Below, piece after piece: positions 23,638 to 25,117 of a stretch of 25,117 nt of DNA. A program made the translations under genes and the position numbers. Origin of the DNA: Candidatus Moanibacter sp. (GTDB taxonomy: Bacteria > Verrucomicrobiota > Verrucomicrobiia > Opitutales > UBA2987); assembly GCA_965215885.1 (NCBI GenBank), contig CBDCEW010000017.1:1-25117 (forward strand), written 5' to 3'. Under the pieces are notes generated by a model, which worked only from the letters and a program-made list of their open reading frames with translations, searched no databases and was not told where the DNA came from. Every line of letters begins with the position of its first letter. Position 1 is the first letter of the stretch.

Positions 23638-25117
23638 AAATCTCCCTCGAATGGCTTAAACGGTATCTTCCGCTCGAACGGACTCCAGAGGAGATCGAGG
23701 AGGCCTTGACCCTTATCGGGTTCGAAGTGGAAGGGGTTGAGAGGAGCGGCCTGCCGCAATTGAAGAAGGTGGTTGTGGGAGAGATTCTCTCCAGTGATCA
23801 GCATCCCAATGCGGATCGGCTAACGGTCTGCGAAGTGACTACCAGGAAGGAAGGGCCGCCGCACACCATCGTCTGTGGAGCGAAGAATTATAGCGTGGGA
23901 GACAGGGTTCCGGTTGCTTTGGTAGGGGCGGTGTTGCCCGGCAATTTGAAGATTAAGAAGAGTAAGCTCAGGGGAGTTGTCTCGAAAGGGATGATGTGCA
24001 GCGCGAAGGAGCTTAGACTTGGCCAGGAACATGCCGGATTGCTGATATTGGAAGACCGGCCGGAGATTGGTATTCCAATCAACGAGGTATTTCCTGAGGG
24101 AGATGTGATTTTTGACATTGAAGTGACGCCGAATCGTCCGGATTGCCTCAGTCATATCGGGATCGCACGAGAGTTGGCGGCCTATTTCGGGTTGCAGTAT
24201 CGCTATCCTGAAATCTCCACAAGCCCTCTCAGTGATTCGGGCTCTCCACTACAAGAATTGTTGAAGGGCGTTATAGTGGAATGTCCGGAGAACTGTCCCC
24301 ATTATCGCGGTTATTCCATAAAAGGCGTGAACGTCGCACCCAGCCCCGATTGGCTGCAAAGGCTCATAATCGCGGTCGGCTTGAGACCGATCAACAATGT
24401 CGTAGACGTTACAAATTTCGTTCTATATGAAACCGGGCAACCCCTCCACGCGTTCGACGCGGCGAAAATTGGCGGTTCAACCATCATTGTTCGACAGGCT
24501 CGGGAAAGCGAAGAGATTACTACCCTCGATGAAAAGGAGAGGGAGCTCAACGCGCGGATGACGGTAATCGCAGATTCGGGAAAGCCCATGGTCATTGCGG
24601 GAGTGATGGGAAGCGTCGATGCGGAAGTGGATGAGGAGACGAACGACATTGTATTAGAGTCGGCCTATTTCAACCCGCGAAACATTCGATGGACTTCGAA
24701 ACAGCTCGGGTTGTCGAGCGACAGTTCTTATCGATTTGAGCGGGGAGTGGATCCGGGAGGGGCTGAACGGGCCGCGCTACGTGCCATCGATCTCATTCTA
24801 GAAACGGCCGGGGGTTCACTGATTGGTCCCGCCCATGTGGCCGGAGAGGGACCCGTGGAGGACAGGCGGATCCCAATCGAGCCGGATTTCATTCGCGCGC
24901 AGATTGGATTTGATGTCGAGGACGGGAGGATCTGGGAGATTCTTGAAGCGCTCGAGCTTAGCCCGTGCGAGGGAGGGGCGGATCTGGGAAGTGACGGGCG
25001 AATGGTGCGTGTCCCCTCCTTTCGCGTCGACCTTGAACGCCCGGTCGATCTTGTGGAGGAATTCTTGCGCATCTACGGGACGGATAAAGTTCCGGCGGCT
25101 GATGTGGTTGCTCCGGC
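23634..25117 (+). CDS. pheT: Phenylalanine--tRNA ligase beta subunit (3'-truncated by the window edge)
   Basis: GTG at 23634 overlapping the pheS TGA. MKISLEWL, HPNADRL, IVCGAKN, SKGMMCSAKEL, VTPNRPDCLSHIGIARE, INNVVDVTN, SSYRFERGVD. Absent from the ORF track because it has no stop in the window. Confidence 0.97.
   Translation, partial: MKISLEWLKRYLPLERTPEEIEEALTLIGFEVEGVERSGLPQLKKVVVGEILSSDQHPNADRLTVCEVTTRKEGPPHTIVCGAKNYSVGDRVPVALVGAVLPGNLKIKKSKLRGVVSKGMMCSAKELRLGQEHAGLLILEDRPEIGIPINEVFPEGDVIFDIEVTPNRPDCLSHIGIARELAAYFGLQYRYPEISTSPLSDSGSPLQELLKGVIVECPENCPHYRGYSIKGVNVAPSPDWLQRLIIAVGLRPINNVVDVTNFVLYETGQPLHAFDAAKIGGSTIIVRQARESEEITTLDEKERELNARMTVIADSGKPMVIAGVMGSVDAEVDEETNDIVLESAYFNPRNIRWTSKQLGLSSDSSYRFERGVDPGGAERAALRAIDLILETAGGSLIGPAHVAGEGPVEDRRIPIEPDFIRAQIGFDVEDGRIWEILEALELSPCEGGADLGSDGRMVRVPSFRVDLERPVDLVEEFLRIYGTDKVPAADVVAP

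Overview
Bacterial chromosomal window. The protein families suggest Verrucomicrobiota (Opitutales-like), which is an inference. Left to right: the 3' end of a TIGR02597-like gene; a PEP-CTERM-type surface protein with a variant IPAP motif; an ISL3 element without a target-site duplication; and an intact IS66 with a perfect 8-bp TSD. Next is a ~15.5 kb minus-strand gene run, DUF3450 - ExbB/TtpC-like - ExbD - gspG-H-I-J-K-L-M-D-(C-like)-E-F. This is a type II secretion cluster directly preceded by an ExbBD-type proton motor, with no TonB in the window. The window ends with divergent rpmI-rplT-pheS-pheT (pheT runs off the end). Two things stand out. First, the ExbBD-T2SS coupling, with only 6 bp between exbD and gspG. 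Second, the large spacers inside the T2SS cluster are mosaics of short degenerate tandem repeats (periods 6-10 nt) and recurrent REP-like palindromes. These repeats also appear to supply N-terminal leader sequences of several T2SS genes, including the G|FT prepilin cleavage codons of gspI and gspJ. The whole gspJ leader is duplicated as a 115-bp direct repeat. All calls come from reading the sequence; no database search was run.
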